Of a stretch of 64,000 bases of DNA, positions 51,934-62,633 are shown one piece after another. The stretch's first letter is position 1; each line of letters starts with the position of its first letter. The notes under the pieces were generated by a model. The model worked only from the letters and a program-made list of their open reading frames with translations, ran no database searches and was not told where the DNA came from. Origin of the DNA: Oscillospiraceae bacterium (GTDB taxonomy: Bacteria; Bacillota; Clostridia; Oscillospirales; Ruminococcaceae); contig JAJQDP010000019.1 in assembly GCA_021202155.1 (NCBI GenBank), forward strand, positions 51,084 through 115,083. Direction: 5' to 3'. The translations under genes were made by a program, and so were the position numbers.

Positions 51934-54552
51934 ATGAAAAAGGAAATGTCCAAGCTCTATGAGCCGAAGGCTGTTGAAGACAAAATCTATCAGTACTGGC
52001 TCGACAACGATTGCTTCAAGGCTCATCGTGACCCTGAAAAACAGCACTACACCATTGTAATCCCTCCGCCGAACATCACCGGTCAGCTCCATATGGGACA
52101 CGCACTCGACAACACTTTGCAGGATATTCTCGTAAGGTATAAGAGAATGTCCGGCTATGCCACGCTCTGGATCCCCGGAACCGACCATGCTTCAATAGCA
52201 ACAGAGGCAAAGATAGTCGAGTCTATGCGCAAAGAAGGCTTGACCAAAGAAGACCTCGGAAGAGAAGGCTTCCTTGAGCGTGCCTGGGCTTGGAAGGAAA
52301 AGTACGGTGGAAGAATCATCGAGCAGTTGAAGAAGCTCGGCTCTTCCTGTGACTGGTCTCGCGAGAGATTCACCCTCGACGAGGGCTGTTCCAAAGCTGT
52401 AAAAGAAGTATTCGTCAAGTACTATGAAAAAGGCTTGATTTATCGCGGCGAGAGAATCATCAACTGGTGTCCTCACTGCATGACCTCCATCTCCAACGCT
52501 GAGGTTGAGTATGAAGATCAGGCTGGTCACTTCTGGCACTTAAGATACCCGCTTACTGACGGTTCCGGCTGGCTTGAACTTGCCACAACAAGACCGGAAA
52601 CACTCCTCGGCGATACCGCAGTTGCTGTAAACCCGAAGGATGAAAGATATAAAGATTATGTCGGAAAGACGGTAACACTCCCGCTCGTCGGAAGAGTCAT
52701 CCCCGTAGTTGCCGATTCATACGTAGATATGGAATTCGGAACAGGCGTTGTAAAGATCACTCCCGCTCACGACCCGAACGACTTTGAAGTAGGACAGCGT
52801 CACAATCTGCCTGTAATCAACGTGATGACCGACGACGCTAAGATAGTCGATGACTATCCCAAGTACGCTGGAATGGACAGATTTGAAGCGAGAAAGGCGA
52901 TAGTTGAAGACCTTGAAGCCGGCGGCTATCTCGTATCAGTAGAAGAGCACGAGCACAATGTCGGAACCTGCTACCGTTGCGGAACAACTATCGAGCCGAG
53001 AGTATCACTCCAGTGGTTCGTAAAGATGGCAGACCTTGCAAAGCCTGCGATTGAGGTAGTCAAAAACGGTGACATCAAATTTGTTCCCGAAAGATTTGAG
53101 AAGAACTACTTCAACTGGATGGAGGACATCCGTGACTGGTGCATTTCCCGCCAGCTCTGGTGGGGTCACAGAATCCCTGCATTCTACTGCGATGACTGCG
53201 GCGAGATGGTGGTAACGAAAGAGGATTCCGCCACTTGCCCACACTGCGGCAAGCCTATGCGCCAGGATCCCGACACCCTTGACACCTGGTTCAGCTCCGC
53301 ACTATGGCCATTCTCAACTCTTGGCTGGCCCGACGATACAGAAGACCTCAATTACTTCTATCCGACATCGACGATGGTCACCGGCTACGACATCATCACA
53401 TTCTGGGTTTCAAGAATGATAGTTGCCGGAATGGAGCATATGCACGAGAAGCCGTTCGACACCGTTTTCATCCATGGTCTTGTAAGAGACTCACAGGGCA
53501 GAAAGATGTCGAAATCTCTCGGTAACGGTATCGACCCGCTCGAAATCATCGACCAGTACGGTGCTGACGCCCTCAGATTCATGCTTGCCTCCGGAAATTC
53601 TCCCGGAAATGACATGAGATATTCCGACGAGAAGGTAAAAGCCGCCAGAAACTTCGCGAATAAGCTCTGGAACGCTACAAGATATATCATGATGAACCTG
53701 CCTGACGAAATGGAGATTACGGGTGAGCTCCCTGAGACTCTCAGCCTTGAGGACAAGTGGGTAGTTTCAAAGCTCAACTCCCTTGCCAGGGAAGTAGGGG
53801 AGAACATCGACAAGTTCGAGCTCGGCGTCGCCGCTTCAAAGCTTTACGACTTCATCTGGGATGTTTTCTGCGATTGGTATATCGAGCTCACAAAGCCGAG
53901 AATCCTGGCTGGTGGCGAAACTGCCGGGTCTGCACAGAAGGTTCTTGTCTGGGCTATGATAAGAATCCTCAAGCTCCTTCACCCGTTCATGCCGTTCATC
54001 ACAGAGGAAATCTGGCAGAACTTAAAGGGCGGAAAACCTCTTATGCTCGAAAGCTATCCCACTTACGAGGAAGCTCTCAGCTATCCCGAAGAGGAGTACG
54101 ACTTTGAGAAGATCATCGGGGCTATCAAGGCTATAAGAAACCTCCGCAGTGGCATGAACGTCCCTCCATCGAAAAAAGCTGAGCTTTTCATCGAAACGTC
54201 ACACGCAGAAATATTTGAGAAGGGTATAATGTTCTTTGAACGCCTTGCATCGGCTTCCTCAGTTGAGATAATGGAGAAGGTCGAGAAGGAAGGCTGTGTA
54301 ACTGCCGTCACCGACCAGGCAAGACTCTTCATTCCTCTCAGTGAGATTATAGACAAGGACAAGGAGCTGGCAAGACTTAACCGCGAGAAGGCTTCCGCCG
54401 AAAAGGATATTTCTATTATCTCCGGAAAGCTCAATAACGAAGGCTTCCTGAAGAAAGCTCCCGCTCAGCTCGTCGAATCCGAGAAGGAGAAGCTTGAGCG
54501 CGCCAAGGACAAGCTCTCCAAGATAGAGCAGTCTATCAGGGACTTACCATAA
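51934..54552 (+). CDS. valS: valine--tRNA ligase
   Basis: HIGH-type motif PNITGQLHMGHAL, KMSKS, a CP1 editing domain and a C-terminal coiled coil. Confidence 0.97.
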   Translation: MKKEMSKLYEPKAVEDKIYQYWLDNDCFKAHRDPEKQHYTIVIPPPNITGQLHMGHALDNTLQDILVRYKRMSGYATLWIPGTDHASIATEAKIVESMRKEGLTKEDLGREGFLERAWAWKEKYGGRIIEQLKKLGSSCDWSRERFTLDEGCSKAVKEVFVKYYEKGLIYRGERIINWCPHCMTSISNAEVEYEDQAGHFWHLRYPLTDGSGWLELATTRPETLLGDTAVAVNPKDERYKDYVGKTVTLPLVGRVIPVVADSYVDMEFGTGVVKITPAHDPNDFEVGQRHNLPVINVMTDDAKIVDDYPKYAGMDRFEARKAIVEDLEAGGYLVSVEEHEHNVGTCYRCGTTIEPRVSLQWFVKMADLAKPAIEVVKNGDIKFVPERFEKNYFNWMEDIRDWCISRQLWWGHRIPAFYCDDCGEMVVTKEDSATCPHCGKPMRQDPDTLDTWFSSALWPFSTLGWPDDTEDLNYFYPTSTMVTGYDIITFWVSRMIVAGMEHMHEKPFDTVFIHGLVRDSQGRKMSKSLGNGIDPLEIIDQYGADALRFMLASGNSPGNDMRYSDEKVKAARNFANKLWNATRYIMMNLPDEMEITGELPETLSLEDKWVVSKLNSLAREVGENIDKFELGVAASKLYDFIWDVFCDWYIELTKPRILAGGETAGSAQKVLVWAMIRILKLLHPFMPFITEEIWQNLKGGKPLMLESYPTYEEALSYPEEEYDFEKIIGAIKAIRNLRSGMNVPPSKKAELFIETSHAEIFEKGIMFFERLASASSVEIMEKVEKEGCVTAVTDQARLFIPLSEIIDKDKELARLNREKASAEKDISIISGKLNNEGFLKKAPAQLVESEKEKLERAKDKLSKIEQSIRDLP

Positions 54553-54589
54553 GGCTGTATCTTAAAGCCAACGTAAAAGGAGAAATATA

Positions 54590-55903
54590 ATGAGAACAAC
54601 CGTAAGTAAGCACCCGATAGTGTTCAGCCTGGTAACTGTGGTAGTGTTCCTGATTGCGCTGTGGTTGCCTGCTATTCTGCTGGCGTACTTCGGACCCGAT
54701 TTCTTCATTGAGAACGGCGACTATGTCTATCAGGGAACAGTTGAGTGCTTCACTTCACTCATAGGAATTGGCTTTGTCGCCCTTATGGGCTATGGCTGGA
54801 TATGGAATGAGAATGGCAAAGGGCTCGGGAAAGGCTTCATTATCGCCGGGTACTTCATAGTCGTTTCACTCTATTCGCTGATAATCTACATTGCTCAGAT
54901 AGTCATGATGGACGATGTGGAGCTGAATCCCGCCTGGCAGATAGCTGTCTTTGTAGTAACTGTCCTGCTAATCGGTCTTGCGGAGGAGACCTTCTTCCGC
55001 GGCATTGTCGCAAATCTGTTCTTAGACAGGTATGGAAACGACCCTGCCGGAGTCTGGTGCGCGACAATCTGCTCGGGACTTGTTTTTGGGCTGATGCACC
55101 TCTCGAACCTGATGTCCTCCGACACGGTGGGAGTGCTGGTTCAGGTTGCCGCGGCGTGTGCAATGGGAATGGCACTGACAGCCATCTATTACCGCTGTCG
55201 TAACATCTGGGTTTTGATTTTGGTTCACGCATTCGTCGATTTTTGCGGAGCGTTCTATTCAGGATTCATAGCCGGAGGTTCGCTCTCGTCGACCATAAGT
55301 AGCTATGAGCCCTATCAGATCATATCCGCACTTCCGTATATCGCGGTTACCATCATCCTTCTGAGACCCAAAAAGATGCGAGAAGTTATCGTGCTTCATA
55401 AGCTCAGCGGGGTGGAGGATACCTCCGTTGGAGTTGTAATGCCACAGGAAAATCTCAAATCCTCTGGTAAATCCAAGAGAAGCTGTGCCATCGCAATTGT
55501 CATTGCTGTAGTGATTCTTGTTGGACTTTACGGCGCAAGCGTCTACGCTTCCGATTATTCCAATTCGGTATCGTACGAATACAGCGGCGAATGGGATGGA
55601 GAGGCATACTTCGGAACAGATGCGATGACCTTCACGACTCTTCACTCCGCCGATTACACCTTTACAATATCGAATCTCCCGTCGACAAACTCAGCCTCGA
55701 TGACAGTCATCGTCACCGATTCAAGCGGAGGGACAGTCTATAGCGAAACCTTTGAGGGCAGAATCAGTGTAGTAAGGAATGTTGCATTGACAGAAGGTGA
55801 GACCTACACTGTTTCCTTGAATTACGACTACTCCAATGTCGGCGAGCTTGCCGAGGGAGAACGCGACTACATCACAACCATAACAGTCGAATATCTCGAA
55901 TAG
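54590..55903 (+). CDS. CPBP-family intramembrane glutamic endopeptidase with a C-terminal extracytoplasmic domain
   Basis: EETFFRG, FGLMH and HAFVDF motifs. An extra TM segment and a ~110-aa Ser/Thr/Tyr-rich tail domain follow. Confidence 0.8.
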   Translation: MRTTVSKHPIVFSLVTVVVFLIALWLPAILLAYFGPDFFIENGDYVYQGTVECFTSLIGIGFVALMGYGWIWNENGKGLGKGFIIAGYFIVVSLYSLIIYIAQIVMMDDVELNPAWQIAVFVVTVLLIGLAEETFFRGIVANLFLDRYGNDPAGVWCATICSGLVFGLMHLSNLMSSDTVGVLVQVAAACAMGMALTAIYYRCRNIWVLILVHAFVDFCGAFYSGFIAGGSLSSTISSYEPYQIISALPYIAVTIILLRPKKMREVIVLHKLSGVEDTSVGVVMPQENLKSSGKSKRSCAIAIVIAVVILVGLYGASVYASDYSNSVSYEYSGEWDGEAYFGTDAMTFTTLHSADYTFTISNLPSTNSASMTVIVTDSSGGTVYSETFEGRISVVRNVALTEGETYTVSLNYDYSNVGELAEGERDYITTITVEYLE

Positions 55904-55910
55904 CATAGTA

Positions 55911-55942
55911 AAAGTCCCATCTTGATAGGTGGGACTTTTTAT
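55911..55942. terminator. bidirectional terminator
   Basis: aaagtccca-N10-tgggacttt flanked by A and T runs, between convergent genes. Confidence 0.8.
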
Positions 55943-55943
55943 T

Positions 55944-56636
55944 TCAGAACAGCTTTTCACGTAGGTATAGAAGTAGCTTCTTTTCTCGACGCGAGACCTG
56001 AACCTGCGTCATTCCTAATTTATCAGCCGTTGCCTGTTGTGTGAGGTCAAGCGAAAACCTGCAGTATATCAAAGCCTTGTCTCTGTCGCTAAGCTCACTT
56101 AAAGCCTGTCTCAAAGCGATCGAATCGGTGATTTTAGTCTCAGGAGATTCTATCGGCAAATCAAGCTGGGGTTCGCCGTCTTCCGGAGGAGTCAGACTCA
56201 CTGTCGGCTGGCTCACGCTCAGAGCTTCAACTACTTCCTCCTGCGAAAATCCGGTTATCCGGGAAAGCTCACTTATTGTAGGCTCTCTGCCGTTTTCCAA
56301 TTCAAACCTGCCGGAGGCTCTCGAAACAGCAAGCGAACGTTCCTTGACAGAGCGTGAGACTTTGAGACTTCCTCCGTCCCGGAATAGCCTCCTTATCTCT
56401 CCCAAAATAACCGGAACAGCGTATGTCGAGAACCGGACGCCTCTTGATTTGTCGAACGAGCGAACAGCCTTTACAAGTCCGACACAGCCTGCACTGTAAA
56501 GCTCCTCGTATTCAATTCCCTTGCCCTTGAATCTCCCGGCACAAAGCCGCACCAGCCCGAGATTTCCCTCAACGGTTATCTCCTCTTCGGCAGTGTCCGG
56601 AAAAGCTTCGTTTTTAGTGAAGGTCTGAATGCTCAT
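55944..56636 (-). CDS. sigF: sporulation sigma factor SigF
   Basis: Region 2 (RFSTYAVPVILGEIRRLFRD) and region 4.2 (TQQATADKLGMTQVQVSRREKK). The start is set at Met29 of the track ORF, 7 nt after the spoIIAB stop. The longer ORF would overlap spoIIAB by 77 nt. Confidence 0.9.
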   Translation of the reverse strand: MSIQTFTKNEAFPDTAEEEITVEGNLGLVRLCAGRFKGKGIEYEELYSAGCVGLVKAVRSFDKSRGVRFSTYAVPVILGEIRRLFRDGGSLKVSRSVKERSLAVSRASGRFELENGREPTISELSRITGFSQEEVVEALSVSQPTVSLTPPEDGEPQLDLPIESPETKITDSIALRQALSELSDRDKALIYCRFSLDLTQQATADKLGMTQVQVSRREKKLLLYLREKLF

Positions 56637-56643
56637 AATAATC

Positions 56644-57090
56644 CTATAGCTTGGTCTTAAGCTTTTTGCGTAAGGTGACAGTAGTTCCTGAACCGGGCTT
56701 GCTTGATACCTTGACATCATCGCAGAAGCTTTCCATGACAGAGAATCCGAGACCGGTTCGTTCCTCCTCAGGGTGGGAAGTATAGAGCGGCTCCATAGCC
56801 TGTCCTATGTCTTCGATTCCACAGCCCCGGTCTTTGATTTTTATGTACACTGTCCGATCGGGATATGCTTTCGCTGATAGCTCAATGTTTCCTGCAAAAT
56901 CTCTGTAAGCGTGAACTATGCAGTTGGTGACTGCTTCGCTGACGGCTGTTTTTATGTCGATAAGCTCGTCCATTTTCGGATCAAGAAGCCCTATGAAACT
57001 GCTGATAGCAGTCCTTGCAAAGCCTTCGTTGACGGACAGGGCAGGGAACGCGAGCTTCATTTCATTTATAGGCTTAGTTTTCTGTGCCAT
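56644..57090 (-). CDS. spoIIAB: anti-sigma F factor (serine protein kinase SpoIIAB)
   Basis: LSVNEGFARTAISSFIGLLDP...EAVTNCIVHAY (N-box) and GLGFSVM (G-box). AAAGGAGGA RBS. The start overlaps the end of spoIIAA. Confidence 0.93.
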   Translation of the reverse strand: MAQKTKPINEMKLAFPALSVNEGFARTAISSFIGLLDPKMDELIDIKTAVSEAVTNCIVHAYRDFAGNIELSAKAYPDRTVYIKIKDRGCGIEDIGQAMEPLYTSHPEEERTGLGFSVMESFCDDVKVSSKPGSGTTVTLRKKLKTKL

Positions 57091-57418
57091 TATTCAGTCC
57101 TCCTTTCGAGAAATCTGTTCCCGTGAGCTTGTCCATTCCGGCAATGCTCATTACTTTTTCAATATATGGCGGCATGTTAGATAGTTCGACTCTTCCGCCG
57201 ATTTCCTTCATGCCAAGGTTTCTTCCCATAACAAGACCAACTCCCGAGCTGTCCATGAATGTAACTCCCGAGAAATCAAGCTTAAGAAGCAGAGGCTTGT
57301 AATCGTTAATAGCTGTGTCTATGTCTGCTCTAAGCCATTTCGCACTGTGATGGTCAATTTCACCGGTTATTTTCGCAATGAGTGTATACTCACCGTCATA
57401 TTCCGTATATACAGGCAT
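57074..57418 (-). CDS. spoIIAA: anti-sigma F factor antagonist (STAS domain, SpoIIAA)
   Basis: The STAS fold pattern, with phosphorylatable Ser in FMDSSGVGLVMGR. It is the first gene of the spoIIA operon. Confidence 0.92.
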   Translation of the reverse strand: MPVYTEYDGEYTLIAKITGEIDHHSAKWLRADIDTAINDYKPLLLKLDFSGVTFMDSSGVGLVMGRNLGMKEIGGRVELSNMPPYIEKVMSIAGMDKLTGTDFSKGGLNNGTEN

Positions 57419-57516
57419 TTCGACTCTCCTTTTTGTTATTTTTGCATAATTTTAAGGCGGCAAATGCGCGAAATCTGTCACAGTCGGAAGATTTCAAAAA
57501 AATTTTTAAAAACCTC

Positions 57517-57544
57517 TTGACTTTCGCTGAAAAAGGGGTATACT
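57517..57544 (+). promoter_or_regulatory. sigma-A-type promoter of the hrcA operon
   Basis: TTGACT, a 16-nt spacer and TATACT, immediately upstream of CIRCE. Confidence 0.6.
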
Positions 57545-57548
57545 ATAA

Positions 57549-57575
57549 TTAGCACTCAGAAAGAAAGAGTGCTAA
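57549..57575 (+). promoter_or_regulatory. CIRCE operator (HrcA binding site)
   Basis: TTAGCACTC-agaaagaaa-GAGTGCTAA is a perfect match to the CIRCE consensus TTAGCACTC-N9-GAGTGCTAA. Confidence 0.95.
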
Positions 57576-57626
57576 CACTTAAAAATTCAAATTGCCAACA
57601 GTTTAGATTCAAAGGTGAGGAATGTT

Positions 57627-58712
57627 GTGGACGACCGAAAAATGAGAATACTTGCCGCCGTTGTTGACGAATATATAGTCACAGGCGAGCCGGTAGGGTC
57701 AAAATCAATAATGCGTTATGTCAATGCTTCAAGTGCAACCATCCGCAATGAAATGGCTGAGCTTGAGAAGCAGGGCTACCTTGAACAGCCTCACACTTCA
57801 TCCGGACGAGTTCCTACCTACAGCGGCTACCGGCTTTATGTAGACCGCCTGATGGAAACCAACCCGCTCTCAGAGGATGAGCAGGAAAGGCTTGAAGGTA
57901 TGCTCCCGAAGGATGAGTATTCCGAAGAAAATCTTGTCAAATCCGCTTCCAATGCCCTGGCAGAGCTCACAAGCTGTGCGACATTTGTCACGAATGAGAA
58001 TCCACAGTTCTCGGTGATCTCAAAGGTTGAAGTTATCCCGACCGGAAAGCGGATGTATGTACTACTGATGATTTCTTCAACCGGAAGAATCCAGAACCGC
58101 ACCTGCCGGCTACAGCTTGACCTGACTGACGACCAGCTAAAGTACTTCACCGATTTCGTCAAGGACAATCTTGAAGGTCTGCCGATAAACGTATTCAGCG
58201 ATGAGATGCTTGAAAAGCTTGAAACCGCGATGGGAACATACCTCCTGACGCTGTCTCCTCTCATGCAGGCTATATTTGATATGTCGAGGGACATGGCTCA
58301 GAGAGATATTAGCATCTCAGGAGCCAAGAACCTGATAACAAGAACTGATGTCGACCGCAACGAGCTCATGACCTTTATCGACACGAGCGACGAGCTGAGA
58401 GAGCTAATCGACGACAGCTTCAGCGGAATCCACGTTCTCTTCTCAGACGAAAGCGACAGTTTTGTAATCGGAAATTCGAGCCTGGTAAGTGGAGATTTCA
58501 CCAAGAACGGCGAGGTTGCAGGACATTTGGGCGTAATAGGTCCGATGAGAATCGACTATAAGAAAGTAATTCCTTACGTTGAATTTTTCACAAATAAGAT
58601 TTCCGAAATTCTTTCGACAGCAGAGGGTGCACAGAATGAATTAAGAGTCATTCAGAATGACGACGTTGTTGAAGAGCGGAAAGAGTCAGAAGATAATGAG
58701 GTGAATACATGA
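57627..58712 (+). CDS. hrcA: heat-inducible transcription repressor HrcA
   Basis: DDRKMRILAAVVDEYIVTGEPVGSK is the typical N-terminal winged HTH. I chose the GTG start at 57627 because GGTGAGG lies 6 nt upstream. Alternatives are 57615 and 57642. Confidence 0.9.
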   Translation: MDDRKMRILAAVVDEYIVTGEPVGSKSIMRYVNASSATIRNEMAELEKQGYLEQPHTSSGRVPTYSGYRLYVDRLMETNPLSEDEQERLEGMLPKDEYSEENLVKSASNALAELTSCATFVTNENPQFSVISKVEVIPTGKRMYVLLMISSTGRIQNRTCRLQLDLTDDQLKYFTDFVKDNLEGLPINVFSDEMLEKLETAMGTYLLTLSPLMQAIFDMSRDMAQRDISISGAKNLITRTDVDRNELMTFIDTSDELRELIDDSFSGIHVLFSDESDSFVIGNSSLVSGDFTKNGEVAGHLGVIGPMRIDYKKVIPYVEFFTNKISEILSTAEGAQNELRVIQNDDVVEERKESEDNEVNT

Positions 58713-59302
58713 GTAATGAAGATATAAAAGAGGAGAAGACGGAAGAGACTCCTGCCGAAGAGGAAAGCCCAGAAGTAGTTGAAGAAGCTACCGAGGATGT
58801 TTCCGAAGAAGCCGGGACGCCTGAAGAGCCTGAAGAGGATGAAGAGCTCACGCTTCTCAAAAAAGAGAATGACGAGATTATAAAAGAGCTTTCAGACCTC
58901 AAGGATAAGTATCAGAGGCTTGCCGCTGAGTACGATAATTTCAGAAAGCGCACTCAGAAGGAAAAAGCGGAGATTTATCCCGACGCAATGGTAGCCGCGA
59001 TTAAGGAGTTCCTGCCGATGGCGGATAACTTTGAAAGGGCGGCGTCAGCCGAGACAACCGATGAAAAATACAAGTCGGGTGTAATGATGATTCAGAATCA
59101 GCTTTCCGATGCTTTCAAGAAGCTTGGAGTTGAGATAATCGATCCGAAGGGCGAGGAATTCAATCCGGAGCTTGAGGATGCAGTAACTCAAATCATTGAT
59201 GAAAACCTTGGCGACAATGTCGTTGCCGAAGTTTATCAGAAGGGCTACAAGCGCGGCGATAAGGTTATTAGACCCGCGATGGTCGCTGTTGCAAACTGTT
59301 AG
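58709..59302 (+). CDS. grpE: nucleotide exchange factor GrpE
   Basis: An acidic N-terminus, then YQRLAAEYDNFRKRTQKE, and C-terminal GYKRGDKVIRPAMV. ATGA overlap with hrcA. Confidence 0.95.
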   Translation: MSNEDIKEEKTEETPAEEESPEVVEEATEDVSEEAGTPEEPEEDEELTLLKKENDEIIKELSDLKDKYQRLAAEYDNFRKRTQKEKAEIYPDAMVAAIKEFLPMADNFERAASAETTDEKYKSGVMMIQNQLSDAFKKLGVEIIDPKGEEFNPELEDAVTQIIDENLGDNVVAEVYQKGYKRGDKVIRPAMVAVANC

Positions 59303-59356
59303 TCCGAATAAAAAGAAAAATCCAAATTTATCATACTTAATAAGGAGAGATTTATA

Positions 59357-61186
59357 ATGTCAAAAATCATAGGTATAGACCTTGGTACAACCAATTCATG
59401 CGTAGCTGTTGTTGAAGGCGGCGAGGCAGTAGTAATCCCCAACAGTGAAGGTGCAAGAACAACCCCTTCCGTTGTCGGAGTTTCAAAGAACGGCGACAGA
59501 CTCGTTGGTCAGGTTGCAAAGAGACAGGCAGTTGTCAACTATGACAACACCGTAATTTCCATCAAGCGTCATATGGGCTCTGATTACAAGGCTCAGATGG
59601 GCGGCAAGAGCTACACTCCTCAGGAGATTTCCGCAATGATTCTCCAGAAGCTGAAAGCTGATGCCGAAGCTTATCTTGGTGAAAAGGTAACCGATGCTGT
59701 TATCACCGTTCCCGCTTACTTCACCGACTCACAGCGTCAGGCTACAAAGGACGCAGGTCAGATTGCAGGACTTAACGTAAGAAGAATCATCAACGAGCCG
59801 ACAGCCGCCGCACTTTCTTATGGAATCGATAAGGAAGAGAGCCAGAAGGTTATGGTCTATGACCTCGGTGGTGGCACATTCGATGTCTCCATCATCGAGA
59901 TGGGCGAGGGTGTAACCGAGGTTTTGGCTACAGCCGGCAACAACCATCTGGGCGGCGATGACTTCGACCAGAGAATCATAGACCTCCTCGTGAGCGAGTT
60001 CAAGAAGTCTGACGGCATTGACCTTTCCAATGACAAGATGGCAATGCAGAGACTCAAGGAAGCCGCTGAGAAGGCAAAGATTGAGCTCTCTAACGTCGCT
60101 TCCTCCAACATCAACCTTCCGTTCATCACTGCTGATGCCGCAGGACCGAAGCACCTTGACTACACTCTCACAAGAGCCAAGTTCAATGAAATCACCGCTG
60201 ACCTCGTTGAAGCTACAGTAGGACCGGTTAAGCAGGCACTTTCCGATAGCGGACTTTCGACCAACGACATCCACAAGGTTCTCATGGTCGGCGGCTCGTC
60301 AAGAATTCCTGCAGTTGTAGACACAGTAAGAAAGATCACCGGCAAGGAGCCGTTCAAGGGCATTAACCCTGATGAATGCGTAGCTCTCGGTGCCGCGCTT
60401 CAGGGTGGTATCCTTGGTGGCGATGTCAAGGAAGGACTTCTCCTTCTTGATGTTACCCCGCTTTCACTTGGTCTTGAGACAATGGGCGGTATCTGCACCA
60501 GAATTATCGAAAGAAACACTACTATCCCTGTCTCCAAGTCTCAGGTCTTCTCAACAGCCGCTGATAACCAGTCCGCAGTTGATATTAACATTCTCCAGGG
60601 CGAAAGAGAGTTCGCCAAGGACAACAAACAGCTCGGCATGTTCCGTCTTGACGGTATTGCTCCCGCTCCGAGAGGAATCCCTCAGATTGAGGTAACCTTC
60701 GACATCGATGCCAACGGTATCGTGAACGTTTCCGCCAAGGACTTGGGCACCGGCAAACAGCAGAAGATTACAATCACCTCCTCCACCAACATGTCCAAGG
60801 AGGACATCAACAAGGCTGTCAAGGAAGCAGAACAGTTCGCCGCTGAGGACAAGAAGAAGCGCGAGGATGTCGACGCAAGAAATCAGGCAGACCAGATGGT
60901 ATTCCAGTGCAAGAAGTCTCTGGAGGAATTCGGCGACAAGGTAGATGCTTCCGACAAGTCTGATTGCGAAGCAAAGATTGCGGCACTTGAAGAAGCTCTC
61001 AAAGGAACTGACATCGAACTCGTAAAGGCAAAGGAGAAGGAGCTTGAGAGCTCTATCCAGGCAATTGCCACAAAGGTTTACCAGGCAGCCGCCGCTCAGG
61101 CTCAGCAGGGCTCTGACGACAACAACGGTGGCAATAATGGCGGAGACGACAACGTAGTTGATGCCGACTTCACTGACGCTGACTGA
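59357..61186 (+). CDS. dnaK: molecular chaperone DnaK
   Basis: [24 protein letters not shown] and [10 protein letters not shown]. Full-length Hsp70. Confidence 0.98.
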   Translation: MSKIIGIDLGTTNSCVAVVEGGEAVVIPNSEGARTTPSVVGVSKNGDRLVGQVAKRQAVVNYDNTVISIKRHMGSDYKAQMGGKSYTPQEISAMILQKLKADAEAYLGEKVTDAVITVPAYFTDSQRQATKDAGQIAGLNVRRIINEPTAAALSYGIDKEESQKVMVYDLGGGTFDVSIIEMGEGVTEVLATAGNNHLGGDDFDQRIIDLLVSEFKKSDGIDLSNDKMAMQRLKEAAEKAKIELSNVASSNINLPFITADAAGPKHLDYTLTRAKFNEITADLVEATVGPVKQALSDSGLSTNDIHKVLMVGGSSRIPAVVDTVRKITGKEPFKGINPDECVALGAALQGGILGGDVKEGLLLLDVTPLSLGLETMGGICTRIIERNTTIPVSKSQVFSTAADNQSAVDINILQGEREFAKDNKQLGMFRLDGIAPAPRGIPQIEVTFDIDANGIVNVSAKDLGTGKQQKITITSSTNMSKEDINKAVKEAEQFAAEDKKKREDVDARNQADQMVFQCKKSLEEFGDKVDASDKSDCEAKIAALEEALKGTDIELVKAKEKELESSIQAIATKVYQAAAAQAQQGSDDNNGGNNGGDDNVVDADFTDAD

Positions 61187-61205
61187 TTAAAATAATTACA
61201 ATAAA

Positions 61206-61240
61206 GCCAATCCGCCGGGTTTTTGGCTCGGCGGATTGGC
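61206..61240 (+). other. 12-bp intercistronic hairpin between dnaK and dnaJ
   Basis: gccaatccgccg-N11-cggcggattggc with no U-tract. It is probably a partial attenuator or mRNA stabiliser. Confidence 0.5.
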
Positions 61241-61264
61241 AAACTTTCAATATGGGAGTAAATT

Positions 61265-62449
61265 ATGGCGGATAAAAGAGATTATTACGAGGTCTTAGGC
61301 GTACAGAAGACAGCCACAGATGATGAGCTCAAACATGCCTACAGAACACTCGCAAAGAAATATCATCCCGACCTTCACCCGAACGACAAGGAAGCCGAGG
61401 CTAAGTTCAAAGAGGTAAACGAAGCATACGAGGTTCTTTCCGACAAGGACAAGAGGCAGAAGTATGATCAGTTCGGCTTTGCAGGAGTAGACCCGAGCTA
61501 TGGTGCCGGTCAGACCGGCGGAGGAGCGTATAGCTCATACGGCGGTGCTGGCGGTTACGGAGGTGGCTTCGGCGGATTTGGTGCAGACATGGGCGACATC
61601 TTCGACGCTTTCTTCGGCGGAGGCTCAACCCGTTCGAGTGCATCCAATGCTAATGCTCCAAGACGAGGTCAGGATTTGCGTCAGGAAATGACAATAAGCT
61701 TCATGGAAGCCTGCAAGGGCACAAAGAAGAATGTCAAGGTTTCGCGCTATGACACATGTCCCGACTGTAAGGGCACAGGGTGCAAAGGCGGCGCACAGCC
61801 GGAGACCTGCCCCGATTGCCACGGCACGGGAACAGTGAGAATAAATCAGAGAACCGCTTTCGGCACATTCCAGTCTGCTCAGACATGCCAGAGATGCGGC
61901 GGCAGAGGCAAGATAATAAGAGAAGCTTGCACGACATGTCAGGGACAGGGTAGAGTCCGCTCCTCACTTTCACGTGATGTGGAGATTCCTGCAGGAATTG
62001 ACGATGGTCAGACACTTCGTGTTCCGGGAGCTGGTAATTGCGGCATAAACGGCGGTGGCTTCGGCGACCTCAACATCAAGGTAAATGTCACCGAGGATGA
62101 CCTCTTTGAGCGTGAAGGCAACGACATCTATACTGAGGTTCCGATTTCATACCTGCAAGCTGTTCTTGGAGATGAGATAACTGTTCCGACCATCGACGGC
62201 AATGTTAAATATACAGTTCCTGCCGGAACTCAGACCGGTACAGTATTCAGACTCAGAGGAAAAGGCGTCAAGAAGCTCTATAAGAATGACCGCGGCGACC
62301 AGTATGTGACTGTAAAGGTCGAGGTTCCCAAGAACCTGAACAAGAAGCAGGCAGACCTCCTTAAGGCGTTCGACGATTCACTTGAGGACAAAAATTCTGC
62401 CTCAAGAAAGGGCTTCTTCGACAAGCTGAAAGGTTATTGGAATTCCTGA
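61265..62449 (+). CDS. dnaJ: molecular chaperone DnaJ
   Basis: J-domain with KYHPDL, a Gly/Phe-rich region and four CxxCxGxG zinc-finger repeats. Confidence 0.97.
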   Translation: MADKRDYYEVLGVQKTATDDELKHAYRTLAKKYHPDLHPNDKEAEAKFKEVNEAYEVLSDKDKRQKYDQFGFAGVDPSYGAGQTGGGAYSSYGGAGGYGGGFGGFGADMGDIFDAFFGGGSTRSSASNANAPRRGQDLRQEMTISFMEACKGTKKNVKVSRYDTCPDCKGTGCKGGAQPETCPDCHGTGTVRINQRTAFGTFQSAQTCQRCGGRGKIIREACTTCQGQGRVRSSLSRDVEIPAGIDDGQTLRVPGAGNCGINGGGFGDLNIKVNVTEDDLFEREGNDIYTEVPISYLQAVLGDEITVPTIDGNVKYTVPAGTQTGTVFRLRGKGVKKLYKNDRGDQYVTVKVEVPKNLNKKQADLLKAFDDSLEDKNSASRKGFFDKLKGYWNS

Positions 62450-62495
62450 CGGGCTTTTTGCGTGGATGCCAAGAGATTCGTGTCATATATTTATA

Positions 62496-62524
62496 TTTAC
62501 AATCACTGTGTTATGAGTTATAAT
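62496..62524 (+). promoter_or_regulatory. sigma-A-type promoter
   Basis: TTTACA, a 17-nt spacer and TATAAT. Confidence 0.55.
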
Positions 62525-62633
62525 TTCAATGTAAACAGGCTAAATTGCACGTTTTCAGCCGTTTCGCCGAAATCCGGCATAAAGCCTCGTTGGATAATAA
62601 ATTCATACTTGCATCTGAAAGGAAGAACATTAT

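Noticed and set aside
56637-56720. Long form of sigF overlapping spoIIAB by 77 nt
   Set aside because: The extension (MMSRYQASPVQELLSPYAKSLRPSYRII) is an out-of-frame read of the spoIIAB 3' end and has no similarity to sigma-factor region 1. The Met 7 nt after the spoIIAB stop gives a normal-length SigF.
61206-61240. dnaK-dnaJ intergenic hairpin as a full terminator
   Set aside because: The 12-bp stem has no following U-tract, and dnaJ has no promoter of its own that I can see. This fits the partial attenuator or stabiliser commonly found inside dnaK operons, so I did not call it a terminator.
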